A stretch of DNA of 62,916 bases, counting the filler, from Folioceros fuciformis (Eukaryota): assembly GCA_049999805.1 (NCBI GenBank). It is 11 parts of 11 records of this genome, joined end to end, with 100 filler letters (N's around TTAATTAATTAA, not from the genome) between each part and the next. Parts side by side here need not be neighbours in the genome. Positions count along the whole stretch, not along the records: positions 60,841 to 62,916 come from JBNGIO010006441.1; 10 more parts are not named here. The stretch is one strand, 5' to 3'. The notes under the pieces were generated by a model that was not told the DNA's origin, did not search any database, and saw only the letters and a program-made list of their open reading frames with translations. The position numbers and the translations under genes were made by a program. This document shows, piece by piece, positions 60,841 to 62,916 of the stretch. The stretch's first letter is position 1. The number at the start of each line of letters is the position of its first letter.

Positions 60841-62742
60841 CCGCGAGGGGTCAAATGTCCAAGGATCAGGGTACACTTCTGGGTCGACATGGAAGTAGCG
60901 GTACCAGGCAATGACCGACCAGTTTTTGGGGATGAATACACCTGCAGTAGATATGTGGAACAGCCAAAGTCGTCAGATATGTGGAACCCAACTAGGGCAG
61001 ATTTGCATGCGCAGGGAGCTGGTCAGGCATCGTTACCATCCACTACGGCGTCTTCTCTGGCCTTTCTGGGGCTGAAATTTGCCACGTTTGCTAGCCTGAG
61101 AGTCTCTTGCAGAAACTGGAGCCACATAATGTTTACACGCCAGGTGCACCCCTGGTGTTAGCTGAAACGCAGGACAACATATTCCATGCTGCATGTACTT
61201 TTGCTCTCTTGACAGTGTCGGCCCATAACTAAGCTCAAGTCAGGAACCAGATAGGAAATGAACAGCAGCTAGCGTACCCGAGAGGAGTGAGGAAGAGAAG
61301 CACTGATTTCCTCCCATGTTATCGGCTCATCTGGAGATCGCTTCCTCGCAAGTTCTTCATGTTCATCCTGTAATTGCGGGGCGTCAACTCAGTCATGGCG
61401 ATGACATATGAAGACAGAAGAAAACACGTACGAGCATGATGTGAGCAGGGTGATTCATAACCTTGACTTTCTGTGCATGCGCAGGGTATAGACACATGTT
61501 GTGCAGAACCCACAGGATTGCACATGCGGTCGTATCATGGGCTGCAAACAAAACCGCGAAAATGTTCTCCCTGATCTGTTTGTCAGTCAGCAATGATCCA
61601 CTTTTGAGCATTTCATCCAGCAGATCATGATGGTCGACCACACCGGATGCAGCACGTCTCTTATTCAAGACGCGTTGCAGAAATCCCATGGCTTTCACAG
61701 ATCCCTGAACAAGGGCAATCCAATCACAAGGATGTCAGTGCTCCAGCTTTGATACTCATGATGTTTTTCACGGTGTACGTGCAAGATGCACAAGAAGTGA
61801 AAAGTGCCAAGCAGCAGGCACCTGGACAGCCTTGGCCCAAGCACTTCCGGGAATCCTGACCGGAATCACCATGAGGGCACGTTCCAGCAGAGCTGCGTTC
61901 GCTCGGAATTCATCCAACTCCTGACTGGGTTCCAAGTCCTCGCACATGAACCGGATGGCCACGTTGAAGGTGAACTGCATAGATATCAATCCCAGCTCTT
62001 AGACACATGCTCATGAATCCCCGCAAGGCGCAACGCCGGCCCTGCACCACTTACTTCTTTCAGCGCTTTGGCAGTTTCGATCTCCTTTCGTCCTGACAAG
62101 CCAGCAACCCACATCCTGGCAGCTTCATCGACATGAGCCGCGAAGTACTTTAGCCCATTCGTGGTGAGCCGCGATCGGATAAACTTGCGGTACAAGGTGT
62201 GCATATTCCCGTCTACCTGGCTGATGGCATCCGAGCCCATGACCTCGTGCTGAGACGCCGGGTAATTGGGTCCGAACAGTTCGGGATGCTGCAGCACGAA
62301 CCTGGTTGCCTCCACCGTGGTGACGCACACCGCAGGACGCCCAAACAGATGTGTTCGGAAATTCTTCCCGTACCTGCACACCACATCCCAACACCGGCAA
62401 CAGCTCGTGTCACAAACAGCAATGCCGGCCTACAACAGAACTGAGTATCTATCCACCCCACGTCTAGGACCAGAATGGACGAAGGAGAACGCACTTGCGG
62501 ATCCGAGGGAACATGAAACTGTCGGGATGACCACTCAGGAATTCCACGGTTTCGCCAAAGATGGGTATCTGCCAGAACCTGCCGGCAGGAAGCTGCGCCC
62601 GGCCTTCGTCGTGCGCTCTCTTCGCCCGAAGGGAGCGGGAGTAGAAAAAGACTCCCGCAAACAGTAGCATCGGTAGACCCAGGAGCAGTGTGACCCCCGT
62701 CCCGATCCCCAGGCACAGCGTCGCAACGAAACCGCAAACCAT
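60841..62742 (-). CDS. Cytochrome P450, CYP85 clan (CYP707-like I-helix), 3' end off contig. Exons 62742-62495, 62373-62055, 61974-61822, 61704-61462, 61367-61278, 61115-61037, 60941-60841
   Basis: N-terminal anchor, PIFGET, YGKNFRTHLFGRP, ENIFAVLFAAHDTTA, ETLR, FDPSR. All six introns are GT-AG and phase-compatible. The 90- and 79-nt exons are typical of CYP85-clan genes. Start codon is inferred; the heme-Cys exon is not in the window. Confidence 0.93.
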
Positions 62743-62916
62743 GGTCGAAGCTGCACAGGTCAGCTGAACAGGACAGAGGACTGGGCTGCTTGAAAGCTGG
62801 AATGCAGTGCACTGGCGCTTCTCCAGCACCGCGATTGCTGAAGCACAACTCAAACCATGGTGTGTGCGGAATGGGAATCAACCCGACACATCATGTTTCT
62901 TCCCGCTCGGCTAACG

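Noticed and set aside
845-62881. Numerous 60-220 aa ORFs antisense to or overlapping copia, ThrRS and P450 coding regions
   Set aside because: Shadow ORFs of real reading frames with no independent motif support.

Overview
This is eukaryotic, repeat-rich nuclear DNA from a land plant, probably a non-seed plant (inferred from PLS-PPR fragments, short GT-AG introns, short-LTR copia families and a PHD-bearing gypsy integrase). It is not one locus. Eleven short contigs are joined by ten artificial 100-nt spacers (N44-TTAATTAATTAA-N44), so adjacency across a spacer carries no information. Most of the sequence is nested, decayed Ty1/copia LTR retrotransposons (about ten fragments), plus one Ty3/gypsy integrase with a C-terminal PHD finger and a long TG...CA insertion carrying telomere-like arrays. 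Host genes are: the 3' end of a hybrid histidine kinase (receiver domain), a 7-exon partial CYP85-clan P450, PPR shards, and an intact, intronless cytosolic threonyl-tRNA synthetase. Most interesting: (1) a short CxxC plus coiled-coil ORF ('ORF0') between the PBS and gag in 3-4 divergent copia elements; (2) a spliced antisense Cys-rich gene in the 3' region of another copia element; (3) the ThrRS contig, which closes on itself through a 47-bp terminal overlap that completes the gene, so it is either a circle or a tandem-array unit; (4) the integrase-PHD fusion.
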